DNA of 64,000 nucleotides from NCBI GenBank assembly GCA_036281075.1, contig DASUPO010000091.1, forward strand, positions 251 through 64,250, read 5' to 3'. This document shows positions 33,652-41,673 of the stretch, piece by piece. The notes beneath the pieces were generated by a model. That model had not been told where the DNA came from. It did no database searches and saw only the letters and a list, made by a program, of their open reading frames with translations. Every line of letters starts with the position of its first letter. The first letter of the stretch is position 1. Source of the DNA: Actinomycetota bacterium (GTDB lineage: Bacteria > Actinomycetota > UBA4738 > HRBIN12). Position numbers and translations under genes: made by a program.

Positions 33652-33984
33652 GTGGCAGAGCTCAGGGAACGCCAAGCACCGATCCAGATCCATCCACGGG
33701 GCCAGGTGCTCCACGTCGCCGGGGAGCTGGACATGAGCACCACCCCGGCGCTCTCGGAGGCCCTCGGGGCCCTCCCCGACGGCGTCATCTGCGTGGACAT
33801 GTCGGAGGTCCCCTTCATGGACAGCACCGGCGCTCATGCCCTCGCCAGGGCAGCGAAAGAGCTCGATGAAGGCTGCATCATCGTCCACGGGGCCCAGCCG
33901 GCGGTGGCGAAGGTGTTCCAGATCCTGGCCCTCGACGGGCCTGACTCGAACATCCACGTCTTGGATGGTCACAGGCGCGGGTAG
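33652..33984 (+). CDS. STAS-domain anti-sigma-factor antagonist (RsbV/SpoIIAA-like)
   Basis: GTG after RBS gaggggggaa. Motifs LHVAGELDMSTTPAL and the phosphorylatable-Ser context VPFMDSTGAHAL. Confidence 0.75.
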   Translation: MAELRERQAPIQIHPRGQVLHVAGELDMSTTPALSEALGALPDGVICVDMSEVPFMDSTGAHALARAAKELDEGCIIVHGAQPAVAKVFQILALDGPDSNIHVLDGHRRG

Positions 33985-34094
33985 GGCGACGTAGTAACGT
34001 GCATGGCGCACAGACCGATACTCAACGACGTTTGCGGTCCGCCGGTCTCCCCGAGCGGCGAGGTGATCGCCGTCGACGTTGAGCTGTTCTCCAA

Positions 34095-34372
34095 TACCTG
34101 ACCGACGAGTTCCTGTCCCGCCAGCCGCGACCCGAGTGCCGAGTGCACAGAGCCGACCCCTTCGCGGCCTACGGTCGCAGCCTCCACTCGCTGTCCCCGG
34201 CGGGGTTCGGTGACAACGGACAAGGTCCGCTCCTCGGGAAGAGGACCTCGGTGATCAGGTCCCCCGGTGAGAGGAAGACGTGCCCCACTTCTATGGGCTG
34301 GGTCCCCGCCCCTGCCAGGAGAACCTCGCGCTCCGTCGGGTCCAAAGAGTCGAGGAGGAGGTTGCCGGTCAT
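34095..34372 (-). pseudogene. Crp/Fnr-family regulator, N-terminal cNMP-binding half (inverted relative to its C-terminal half, with one frameshift)
   Basis: Minus strand reads MTGNLLLDSLDPTEREVLLAGAGTQPIEVGHVFLSPGDLITEVLFPRSG, then (frame change near 34215) LSVVTEPRRGQRVEAATVGREGVGSVHSALGSRLAGQELVGQV. Confidence 0.55.
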
Positions 34373-34412
34373 TCGACGTGCCCGAATACGGATCCATTCG
34401 CGGTCCCTTCCA

Positions 34413-34856
34413 TGGGGACACTCGGCGAGGCTCGAAGGCCGAGGCCTACTCGCGAGCCAGCCGGGCAAGCTGCAGGATCTGATCAACGGCTACCTCGAGG
34501 CCTTCTTCGCGCAGGCGTCGCTGAGCGCTGGATGCAACGCCGTCCACAACCTCAATGAGCGGTGCGCATGTTGGCTCTTGCTGACCCACGATCGCGTCGA
34601 CTCAGACACCTTCGACCTGAAACAGGAGTTCCTCGCCGTGATGTTGGGCGTCCAGCGGCCTTCCGTCTCGATCTCAGCTGGAACGCTTCAGGAAGCCGGG
34701 CTGATCGCCTATCGCCGAGGATCGATCACGATCCTCCACCGCGAGGGGCTCGAGGAGGCGACCTGCCCCTGCTACGAGATGATCCGCTCGGAGTACTCGC
34801 GTCTCGTTCCCCTGGTGGATGGTCGGATCAACTATGCCGCGTCCGGGAACAGCTGA
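34413..34856 (+). pseudogene. Crp/Fnr-family regulator, C-terminal half with HTH
   Basis: Plus strand reads WGHSARLEGRGLLASQPGKLQDLINGYLEAFFAQASLSAGCNAVHNLNERCACWLLL...KQEFLAVMLGVQRPSVSISAGTLQEAGLIAYRRGSITI. This continues exactly where the minus-strand half stops. Confidence 0.6.
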
Positions 34857-34857
34857 G

Positions 34858-35013
34858 ATGGAGTTCCGGCGGATCTTCTACCGGGACGGGACCCACGATG
34901 AGATTCCGGTGGATGCCGTCCTCGAAGACGGCGGGCTGCTTGTCTTCCTGAACGGGGCGAAGGAGATCCTGAGGGTGGCACCTGAAAACATCTTGGCTAT
35001 GGAGGATCGATAA
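34858..35013 (+). CDS. Hypothetical small protein (51 aa)
   Basis: ATG lies 1 nt after the Crp-fragment stop (TGAgATG). Product MEFRRIFYRDGTHDEIPVDAVLEDGGLLVFLNGAKEILRV has no known motif. Confidence 0.3.
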   Translation: MEFRRIFYRDGTHDEIPVDAVLEDGGLLVFLNGAKEILRVAPENILAMEDR

Positions 35014-35499
35014 ACGCTCGAGGACGCCACACCTGACAGTTCAGACGCCTACTGCGATCCTCAAGACCGGCAAGCGACAAACGGCCCTCTCACGCATCGG
35101 CACCCTATCGCTCTCGACCGGTTCATCGGGTGCCTGTCATGACGTCTCTCACCCCGCTGTGACATCGGCGCCCTCCCTCGCGTCGCTAGCAAGGCCGTTC
35201 CCGAAGCAGAAGCCGCGAAACGCGAGCGGAGCAGCAGGCGGTACGTTCTCTTCCGCGAACGCCAAGAGAGGCCCTGAGGTGTGCGCCCTAGACCTCTCTA
35301 GGTGCCAGACCGACGACGGGGGATGGGTAGATCCTTCGCGCCGTTGGTCCTCCTACGACCGGGAGATACCCGGCCCCCGGCAAGCGAAACAGTCGCTACC
35401 GCCAGAAAAGGCCCTGGGGGGTGCCACAGGGCCTCTCCTGGGGCCAGACCGATGCGTTGGCTTCTTTCCCCCATCGATCCTCCTGAGTTCAGGTTACCC

Positions 35500-35580
35500 G
35501 GCGTGGACCGCTCGCCAAGCTGGGAGACGTGGGACGCGATCTGCAGCTGTACGGCTGGCCGCAACCTTCACCGGCATTAG
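35500..35580 (+). pseudogene. XRE-family small HTH gene relic i (3' end only, 1-nt deletion)
   Basis: Encodes PSWETWDAIC, then shifts frame. About 85% nucleotide identity to 38070-38140 except for a missing base in tgcaagctg. Confidence 0.45.
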
Positions 35581-35677
35581 GCCTAAGCGTGGCCGCTCCT
35601 AGCTTCGCCCGTCTGCCAGCGTTCCGTAACCCGACCGGCCGATGCGGCAACTCCGTTATCTCCCCTACGGTGGATCG

Positions 35678-35989
35678 ATGACCAACGACAGAAGAGACGC
35701 AGTCATCCGTCACCCCTCCGTGCCGATCGCAGCTGCCGCCGAACTAACAAACGTGGACGTTCCCACGGTGCGCGAGTGGGCGCGTGCCGGTTCCCTCGTC
35801 ATCGAGCAGAGGGACGATATGGAAGTCGTCGAGCTGGAACGCGTGACCGCCCTCGCCTCGAGGCGTCTGGCTTCGAGGAACAGTGCACTGCGTGACCGGC
35901 TGAGGCAGGACGATGGAACGGTCGGGGTGCTTGGCGAACCCGTGAACATCGCTGAGCTCCAGGACCGAGCGCGGGAGCGCGAAGGCTAG
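35678..35989 (+). CDS. HTH DNA-binding protein (excisionase/MerR-like)
   Basis: IAAAAELTNVDVPTVREWARAGSLVIE resembles excisionase-family HTH_17 domains. Location inside the island is consistent with that role. Confidence 0.5.
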   Translation: MTNDRRDAVIRHPSVPIAAAAELTNVDVPTVREWARAGSLVIEQRDDMEVVELERVTALASRRLASRNSALRDRLRQDDGTVGVLGEPVNIAELQDRAREREG

Positions 35990-36074
35990 AGCCCTCAGGC
36001 CGACGGAGCCCTTCACAAGCCGGAGCAGGCATGCCGGCGGGGCTAGGCTCTGATGGATGGCGGCGCTTCCCGCG

Positions 36075-36137
36075 ATGCTCGAGCACGATCGGACGCGAGC
36101 CGGATGGTCGGTCGAGCGGGCGGCGCGGCGGCTTGCG
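36075..36137 (+). pseudogene. XRE-family small HTH gene relic ii (5' end only)
   Basis: MLEHDRTRAGWSVERAARRLA is paralogous to relic iii (MLEDDRRRAGWSGELAARHL). The reading frame is then lost where the convergent Pro-rich gene ends. Confidence 0.4.
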
Positions 36138-36962
36138 TCACTCCCGAGAGTTGAAAGGAGCCGCAAAGCGGTGAGCCAGAGTCGTCGCCGCGTCGCCGGC
36201 GGTTCTGAAGGAGCCGACCACGGCTAGCCGAAGCCGTGGATGGCTACGGATGGCGACCGCCGTGATCACGCCTGCGACGACGCACGCGCTCGCGATGAGC
36301 ACCATGACGTCGATGCCTCGGATCCCGCCCTGACACCGGACCCCGATACACGCCGTGTCCTTCGTCCCGATCGCTGCCTCGCCTCGGACGGTAGCCAGGT
36401 CATCGACGATCTCGGTGATCGCGTCGATCCACGGCGAGGCACTCGCGAACCCATCCTCGAAGCCGAGGAACCCATCCTCGAAGCCGAGCACCCGCTCCGG
36501 ATCCTGCTCGCCGGCAGCGATCTCGGCTCCCCGGATGGACCTGTCCATGAACCTCTGCGGTATCCCTTCCTTCGTCGTGCCACTTGACACACCAGAGCCC
36601 GCGAAGGGATCGGATGGAGACGTTGGAGACGTTGGCGCGGGTGACTCCGTCGGGTCAGGGCTCGGCCGAGGCGTGGGCTCGGGGGTGGGATCGGGATCTG
36701 GCTCCGGATCGGGGTCGGGCTCAGGTGTCGGCGAGGGGCTGGGCTCAGGTGTCGGCGAGGGGCTGGGGTCAGGTGTCGGCGAGGGGCTAGGCGTAGGTGT
36801 CGGCGGGGGTTTGGGTTTGTCCGCGCTCGAGGTTTCGAGGACAGCCGCTCCACCCTGCGGCGCAGCGGTTGCTGATGCGGATGTGAACAGCAATCCCATG
36901 ATCACGCCTGCGGAGACGACGACGACCAAGAGCAGGTGAACCCGTCCCCCCCCACGCCTCAT
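36138..36962 (-). CDS. Proline/Thr/Ser/Glu-rich membrane-anchored or secreted repeat protein
   Basis: ATG at 36962 follows RBS aggagg. N-terminal TM/signal (VHLLLVVVVSAGVIMGLLF), a PTPSPSPTPDPSPSPTPEPSPSPTPEP linker, a duplicated GFEDGF motif and a C-terminal TM (VMVLIASACVVAGVITAVAI). Confidence 0.6.
   Translation of the reverse strand: MRRGGGRVHLLLVVVVSAGVIMGLLFTSASATAAPQGGAAVLETSSADKPKPPPTPTPSPSPTPDPSPSPTPEPSPSPTPEPDPDPEPDPDPTPEPTPRPSPDPTESPAPTSPTSPSDPFAGSGVSSGTTKEGIPQRFMDRSIRGAEIAAGEQDPERVLGFEDGFLGFEDGFASASPWIDAITEIVDDLATVRGEAAIGTKDTACIGVRCQGGIRGIDVMVLIASACVVAGVITAVAIRSHPRLRLAVVGSFRTAGDAATTLAHRFAAPFNSRE
36721..36816. repeat. 24-bp tandem repeat, 3 good copies plus 1 degenerate copy, inside the Pro-rich gene
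   Basis: tcaggtgtcggcgaggggctgggc repeated at 36721, 36745 and 36769, with a degenerate copy at 36793. In frame (8 codons, SPSPTPEP-type unit). Confidence 0.8.
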
Positions 36963-37232
36963 GTCGCCTCCTATCTCACCAGAGATCCTCGAAGGTCGCA
37001 TCCCCAGAGATTCCGAGCGGGTACGGTGACGCCTTCCCCACCACGGCGGAAGGGCGAGCGTTGGCCGGGGTCCTCATGTTCGTTGGTGTGGATCTCTTCG
37101 GCTCCTCGCCGCTTCGTGGGCGTCGTTCCTGATCGAGCGAGACGAGAGGACGGCGGAAGACCCCACGCACACGGAGATCATCGAGGGCCTCGAACGGATC
37201 GAACGACGGCGCGACGAGCGCTAGCGTCCCCC

Positions 37233-37411
37233 ATGGCCATGCTGTCGTCGATGCTCGAAGACGATCGGCGTCGAGCTGGCTGGTCGGGGGAGCTAGCAGC
37301 GCGGCACCTCCGCGTCAGCGGCCACGAGTACCGAGAGATCGAGGCCGGCGGGTCGATGCCGAGCTGAGAGATGTGACCGGATCTGCAAGACGTTCGGCTG
37401 ACCTGAGACGT
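37233..37411 (+). pseudogene. XRE-family small HTH gene relic iii (premature stop, frameshift, TGG to TGA)
   Basis: MAMLSSMLEDDRRRAGWSGELAARHLRVSGHEYREIEAGGSMPS, then a stop. The tail continues in another frame as CDRICKTFG-stop-PET. TAGCGT lies 5 nt upstream of the ATG. Confidence 0.5.
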
Positions 37412-37963
37412 CGGCGCACCATGACCGACGAGGCTGGAGAGCGAGTCGTTGCGCGCTCGGCGAGGCTGGCTGACCCGTGAGCATCTCGATGTCCTCGAGC
37501 GGCCGACGCCGACCGCGCCCCGCTGATTGAGCCCGGTACGGGAGGGACGATGCCCGGTGGCTCGCCGAGGTCTGATCGGCCTCGAGGACGATGGGAGGAT
37601 ATCGCGAGGATGCGGCTTGTCGACGCCTCCGGCGAGAGGTCGACGGCGCCGATCTCGGCCAGGTTCCAGAGCTAAGCGGCCATCGCGCCGCGGACGGTCA
37701 CCGCTCGCCGGGGTCCGCCGGTGACGATGTCAGCGACGTCCCGCCGCCCCGTCGTCACAGAGCGAAGCCGAGGACCACCGCCAAGACGAGGAGGAGCGCC
37801 GTCATCCCGACGAGCATGACGCTTTCTCCCGCCTCCGCGGCGAGCCGATCCAACTCGTCATCTCTTTCACGATTCATACCAATCCGATACCCCGATTGGC
37901 GGACGTCGGAATCTAGGTCGAAAGGCCAGAACCCTGCACGGCGGCTGAGGTCGCTCCGTGACG

Positions 37964-38140
37964 ATGTTCAACGACCTGCCATGCCTGGATCGGCGCCGGC
38001 TGGTCGGTCGAGCAGGTCGCAGCGCGCCCCGGCGTGAACGTCCGCACCTACCGGCAGCTCGAGGCCGGGGAACGCACGCCCAGCTGGGAAACGTAGGACG
38101 CGATCTGCAAGCTGTACGGCTGGCCGCAAACGTTCGTGAC
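37964..38140 (+). pseudogene. XRE-family small HTH gene relic iv (frameshift near codon 12 and an in-frame TAG)
   Basis: MFNDLPCLDRRR, then a frame change, then GAGWSVEQVAARPGVNVRTYRQLEAGERTPSWET-TAG-DAICKLYGWPQTFV. The TAG replaces the Trp codon seen in relic i. Confidence 0.5.
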
Positions 38141-38210
38141 CGGAGGAGTGAGGGATGCCCGGAAGGGCAAGCGCGGGGCCATGATGGCGGGAGGCCGGAT
38201 TGCGCCGCGG

Positions 38211-38390
38211 TCAGCTCAGGGATGAGCCGCTCTTCGTGAGCACCAGGGCGGACTGGGCGCCGAACACGATGCTCACGGCCAGGACGATCCAGTTGAGGGC
38301 GGTCCAGCCATCGTTGATGCCCTCGATGATCGTGAGGATTCCGATGACGCTGAACGCGATGAGGAACAACCCTGCCTTGGTTCGATCCAC
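38211..38390 (-). CDS. Small membrane protein (59 aa, two TM segments)
   Basis: GTG at 38390 is preceded by RBS ggaggg. Product VDRTKAGLFLIAFSVIGILTIIEGINDGWTALNWIVLAVSIVFGAQSALVL. The long upstream extension of the track ORF looks non-coding. Confidence 0.4.
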   Translation of the reverse strand: MDRTKAGLFLIAFSVIGILTIIEGINDGWTALNWIVLAVSIVFGAQSALVLTKSGSSLS

Positions 38391-38794
38391 GGTGCCCTCC
38401 GATCGGGTCGGTGCATGCCATCGGGAGGATGCTCCACCGCAGCCTCGCTGTCGACAGGTGTTTTCGGAGCGGGACGGCTGCGTGAACTTGAAGTAGGCGT
38501 CGCTGACGACGCCGGGCATCCTCACCGTGGTGGTCGCCGCTGCGACGTTCGGTCCTGCGCCGGCTCGTGGCGGAACCAGCAGTGGCGGACGTCGGCACGC
38601 TGATCGCGATGGCCGATAGCGACTAAGTCGTCCCGCTGCGGCTGCTCCGGGCAATCCGGGACCTCGGCGTCGAACGGCCCGTCTAACGAACGGGCGCATC
38701 GACCGCAACGGCCCAACACTGCCGGGTATAGACACGGGAACTGAGCAGCGCGGATGCCACTTCCGAGGGTACAGGTTGGACCGACGAAACAGGG

Positions 38795-38848
38795 TCGAGA
38801 GCCTAGTCCCCGAATAGGGGGTGAAGGCTCAGATCCCTTTCCGACACC
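38795..38848 (+). repeat. Degenerate direct copy of the tRNA-Leu 3' half (island att-type boundary)
   Basis: gcctagtccccgaatagggggtg (38801-38823) is identical to 29128-29150. The flanking gtcgaga and aaggctcagatccctttccgacacc align to the tRNA with about 10 mismatches and a 1-2 nt deletion. It cannot fold as a tRNA. Confidence 0.8.
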
Positions 38849-39001
38849 ACCAGTTACCAGCAAACCCGGATGCCGGACGCCTGCATCGGCATGCGGGCTC
38901 TCTTTCGCGAGCCCCAACGATCTCCCCGCGTCGGGTCGTCCAGTTCCCGAAGGACGTGCGGAACACGCACCGCTACTGCAGCCACACCATCGACAGGGTC
39001 C

Positions 39002-41365
39002 CTACGAGCGAGGAGACAAGGTCCGGTCCGCCCGCTCGGTGGACGATCGGCCCGGCTCCGGGTCGTGGCGGCGCCCATGGAGAGGGAAGGGGACGCTCGT
39101 CAGGATCGCGCGCTCCTCGAACAGGAGCAGGCGCTTGACGAACAGCGCGGTCTGATTGTGCAGGAACAGGTGCCACGGCCTCCGAACGATGAGCTCGGGG
39201 ATCACCACGTTCACGACGGTGTCGGGGCGGGTCGTGAACCGCCGGACCTCCTCGAGGATCGGCGCCGTCAGGTCGCGGAAGGGCGCCTCGACGATGTCGA
39301 GGGGGATCGGCAAGTTCGCGTCGAACCACCGTCGCTCGATCCCCTGGGTGTCCTCGGCGTCGAGCTGGAAGTGGATCGCCCGCGTCTCCGCTGCCTCCAG
39401 CGACATCGCGTAGCGGACCGCGCGGACCGAAGCGGCGTTCACGGACGACACGAATGCCAGGGTGACGACCCGTTGCGGGATCAGCACCCGCCCGTCGACG
39501 GCCGGTGTCTGGCTGTCGATCACATGCACGGGCACGTCGGTGATCGCGACTCCGGGCTCACGGAGCAGCCGCAGCTTGAGCAGGAACAGGTCCCATCGGT
39601 GGAGCAGATGCGTCACCAGTCGGCCTCGCACGAGCTCCGGGATCACGATCGTGGTCAAGTCATTGGTCCGGCGGTCCAGGGAGCGGAGTCGCTCCCTCAC
39701 GACCTGGACGAGGCGCTTCCCGTGGTGCACCTCGAGCGGGATCGAGTCGCCGGCGAACGTCCGCCAGCGCTCCTGTGTGTCGTCCGGCGCGGCCCCGTTG
39801 ACTATCGGATGCAGCGCGATCACCTCCGATCGACGCATCGCCCGCACGTAGCCGAGCGCCTCGGCGGTGGCGGCATCCAGATCGTGGACCACGAGGAGCA
39901 CACGCTCGCTCGTGATCCCGACGGCTCCGGGTCCCGCCCCCGCGAGCTGCGCCGTCACAGCCCGATAGTGCCGGTGGATCACAACGAACACTGGGACCAG
40001 CGCCGCCATGATCAAGATCGAGAGCCACGCCCCGTCGGGCGCCTTCGAGATGATCACGACGATGAGGACGACGAACGTCGTTAGCGCGCCGATCGCGTTG
40101 ATCGCGATCGACCGACGCCACCCCGGAGATGCGGAGGAGCCCTTCCGCCCCTCCGCGAGCCAATGCCGGACCATGCCCGTTTGCGACAGCGTGAACGACG
40201 TGAAGACGCCCACGACGTAGAAGTTGATCAGGACGCCGAGCTCGGCGTCGAACGCGTAGATCATCAGACACGAGAGGAGCCCGAGCACGAGCACGCCGTT
40301 CGAGAACACCAGGCGGTCGCCACGGTTGATGAACTGGCTGGGCGCGTATCGGTCCCGCGCGAGGAGCGACGCCAGGCGGGGGAAGTCCTGATACGCGGTG
40401 TTGGCGGCCAGGATCAGGATCAACGCGGTGAACGCCTGCACGATGTAGAACCCCACGGAGGAGTTGCCGAAGATCGCGATCGCGACCTGGGCGACGACGG
40501 ACCGCTCCTCGCTCGCGACGACGCCGCCCACATGCGTGGTCAGCCAAGAGATCCCCAGGAACATCGTGATCGCGATCGCTCCCATCACGGCCAGCGTGGC
40601 GGCCGCGTTCTTCGCCTGCGGCCGGCGGAACGCTGGGACGCCGTTCGAGATCGCCTCGACTCCCGTGAGCGCGGTGGCGCCGAGGGAGAAGGCCTTCAGG
40701 ATCGCGAACAGCCCCACCGCCCCCGCGGCGGTCGCGGCGTTGTGCAGCGGCTCCACCTGCAGGCCGACGGTCGGACAACCGCCCAAGCAGTCCACCAGCC
40801 CGACCCCGATCATCGCCATGATCGCGACGATGAATCCGTACGTCGGGATCGCGAACAGCCTGCCCGACTCCTTGGCGCCACGCAGGTTCATCATCGTGAT
40901 GAACGCCACGAACAGGATCGCGAGGAAGACCTTGTGTTCGTTGGCGAGCGGATACGCGGAGCCGATCGCGAACACGCCGGCCACGATCGAGACGACGACG
41001 GTCATCATGTAATCGAACATCAGCGCGGCCGCCGCGATCAGGCCCGGGACTGCACCCAGGTTCTCCTTGCTGACGATGTACGCGCCGCCCCCGTTCGGAT
41101 ACGCCCGCACGGTCTGGCGATAGGACACGATCACGATCGTCATCAGCGCCGCGATCGCGAGCGAGATCGGGATCACGTACGGGTCCGGGTCGGCCGTCAC
41201 GAGGGAGAGGGCAACCAGGATCTCGCCCGTCGCGTAGGCCACGGACGAGAGTGCGTCCGAGGCGAAAACGGGCAGCGCCAGGATCTTGGGGAGCAGGGTG
41301 TGCTCGAGCCGGTGGCTCGCGAACGCCCGCCCGACGAGGACGCGCTTCAGCGCGACGTTCGCCAT
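39002..41365 (-). CDS. APC-superfamily permease with a long duplicated cytoplasmic C-terminal domain
   Basis: ATG at 41365 (MANVALKRVLVGRAF). APC N-terminal motif FASDALSSVAYATGEIL and about 12 TM segments. The ~300-aa C-terminus holds two similar modules (TTIVIPELVRGRLVTHLLHRWDLFLLKLRLL and VNVVIPELIVRRPWHLFLHNQTALFVKRLLL). Confidence 0.85.
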   Translation of the reverse strand: MANVALKRVLVGRAFASHRLEHTLLPKILALPVFASDALSSVAYATGEILVALSLVTADPDPYVIPISLAIAALMTIVIVSYRQTVRAYPNGGGAYIVSKENLGAVPGLIAAAALMFDYMMTVVVSIVAGVFAIGSAYPLANEHKVFLAILFVAFITMMNLRGAKESGRLFAIPTYGFIVAIMAMIGVGLVDCLGGCPTVGLQVEPLHNAATAAGAVGLFAILKAFSLGATALTGVEAISNGVPAFRRPQAKNAAATLAVMGAIAITMFLGISWLTTHVGGVVASEERSVVAQVAIAIFGNSSVGFYIVQAFTALILILAANTAYQDFPRLASLLARDRYAPSQFINRGDRLVFSNGVLVLGLLSCLMIYAFDAELGVLINFYVVGVFTSFTLSQTGMVRHWLAEGRKGSSASPGWRRSIAINAIGALTTFVVLIVVIISKAPDGAWLSILIMAALVPVFVVIHRHYRAVTAQLAGAGPGAVGITSERVLLVVHDLDAATAEALGYVRAMRRSEVIALHPIVNGAAPDDTQERWRTFAGDSIPLEVHHGKRLVQVVRERLRSLDRRTNDLTTIVIPELVRGRLVTHLLHRWDLFLLKLRLLREPGVAITDVPVHVIDSQTPAVDGRVLIPQRVVTLAFVSSVNAASVRAVRYAMSLEAAETRAIHFQLDAEDTQGIERRWFDANLPIPLDIVEAPFRDLTAPILEEVRRFTTRPDTVVNVVIPELIVRRPWHLFLHNQTALFVKRLLLFEERAILTSVPFPLHGRRHDPEPGRSSTERADRTLSPRS

Positions 41366-41637
41366 GGCTCCCTCGGGGTCGGCTCCCCGGATCGGGTGAC
41401 GGGTTCCGTCGAGGTCGTGTGGGCGCGTGCACGTGGGCGGTCGGGTTCGGCTTCGAGCCGGCGCAGCAGGCGGTCGGTGAGGCGGGCTTCGCGGGATGCC
41501 TCGATCCACTCGCGGCGGGTCTGCCATGAGCGGATCGCGGGACCCACCAGCAGACCGAGACAGAGGCCCACCACGATGCCCACGACGAGATCGCCGATCC
41601 CGTTCGATGACGCCGCCGCGACGATGATGCCGGTCAT
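41347..41637 (-). CDS. Small membrane protein upstream of, and overlapping, the APC permease gene
   Basis: 96 aa. One TM (GDLVVGIVVGLCLGLLVGPAI) followed by a charged tail. Strong GC3 bias. Its 3' end overlaps the permease start by 19 nt. Confidence 0.5.
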   Translation of the reverse strand: MTGIIVAAASSNGIGDLVVGIVVGLCLGLLVGPAIRSWQTRREWIEASREARLTDRLLRRLEAEPDRPRARAHTTSTEPVTRSGEPTPREPWRTSR

Positions 41638-41673
41638 GGGCGTCAGCGTGTTCGAGGACGCGTAGCGACGCGG

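Larger units (their letters stand above)
29175..38848. mobile_element. Decayed integrative genomic island inserted at the 3' end of tRNA-Leu(GAG)
   Basis: Bounded by the tRNA and a degenerate direct copy of its 3' half (29122-29176 vs 38795-38848, with a 23/23 identical core). Contains an integrase-like fragment next to the tRNA, an excisionase-like HTH, secreted hydrolases and many broken regulators. Appears less GC-rich, with long non-coding stretches unlike the flanks. Confidence 0.65.

Noticed and set aside
34003-34104. 33-codon plus-strand ORF between the STAS gene and the inverted Crp segment
   Set aside because: No RBS and no motif. It ends exactly at the inversion breakpoint, so it is most likely a by-product of the rearrangement.
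35262-35450. Two similar ~45-nt segments (aggccctgaggtgtgcgccctagacctctctaggtgccagaccga and aggccctggggggtgccacagggcctctcctggggccagaccga), a possible repeated small-RNA hairpin
   Set aside because: Only the second copy forms a clean 8-bp hairpin. There are just two degenerate copies, in a non-coding decaying part of the island, and no promoter or terminator context. Noted as a local duplication only.
36715-36816. Regularly spaced repeats that might be a CRISPR-like array
   Set aside because: The units are contiguous 24-bp tandem repeats with no spacers. They lie inside a coding frame (proline-rich linker), and no cas genes are present anywhere in the window.
37755-37877. 40-codon minus-strand ORF MNRERDDELDRLAAEAGESVMLVGMTALLLVLAVVLGFAL (a possible small membrane peptide)
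   Set aside because: It is below the size where composition is informative, has only a weak G-rich stretch upstream, and sits in a region full of pseudogene debris. It is mentioned under the XRE finding but not called as a feature.
38391-38735. Upstream extension of the 174-aa minus ORF, plus overlapping ORFs 37867-38598 and 38522-38917
   Set aside because: Their translations are Arg/Pro/Ala-rich without motifs, and they overlap each other in different frames. Only the final 59 codons, which have a GGAGGG RBS and two TM segments, look like a gene.
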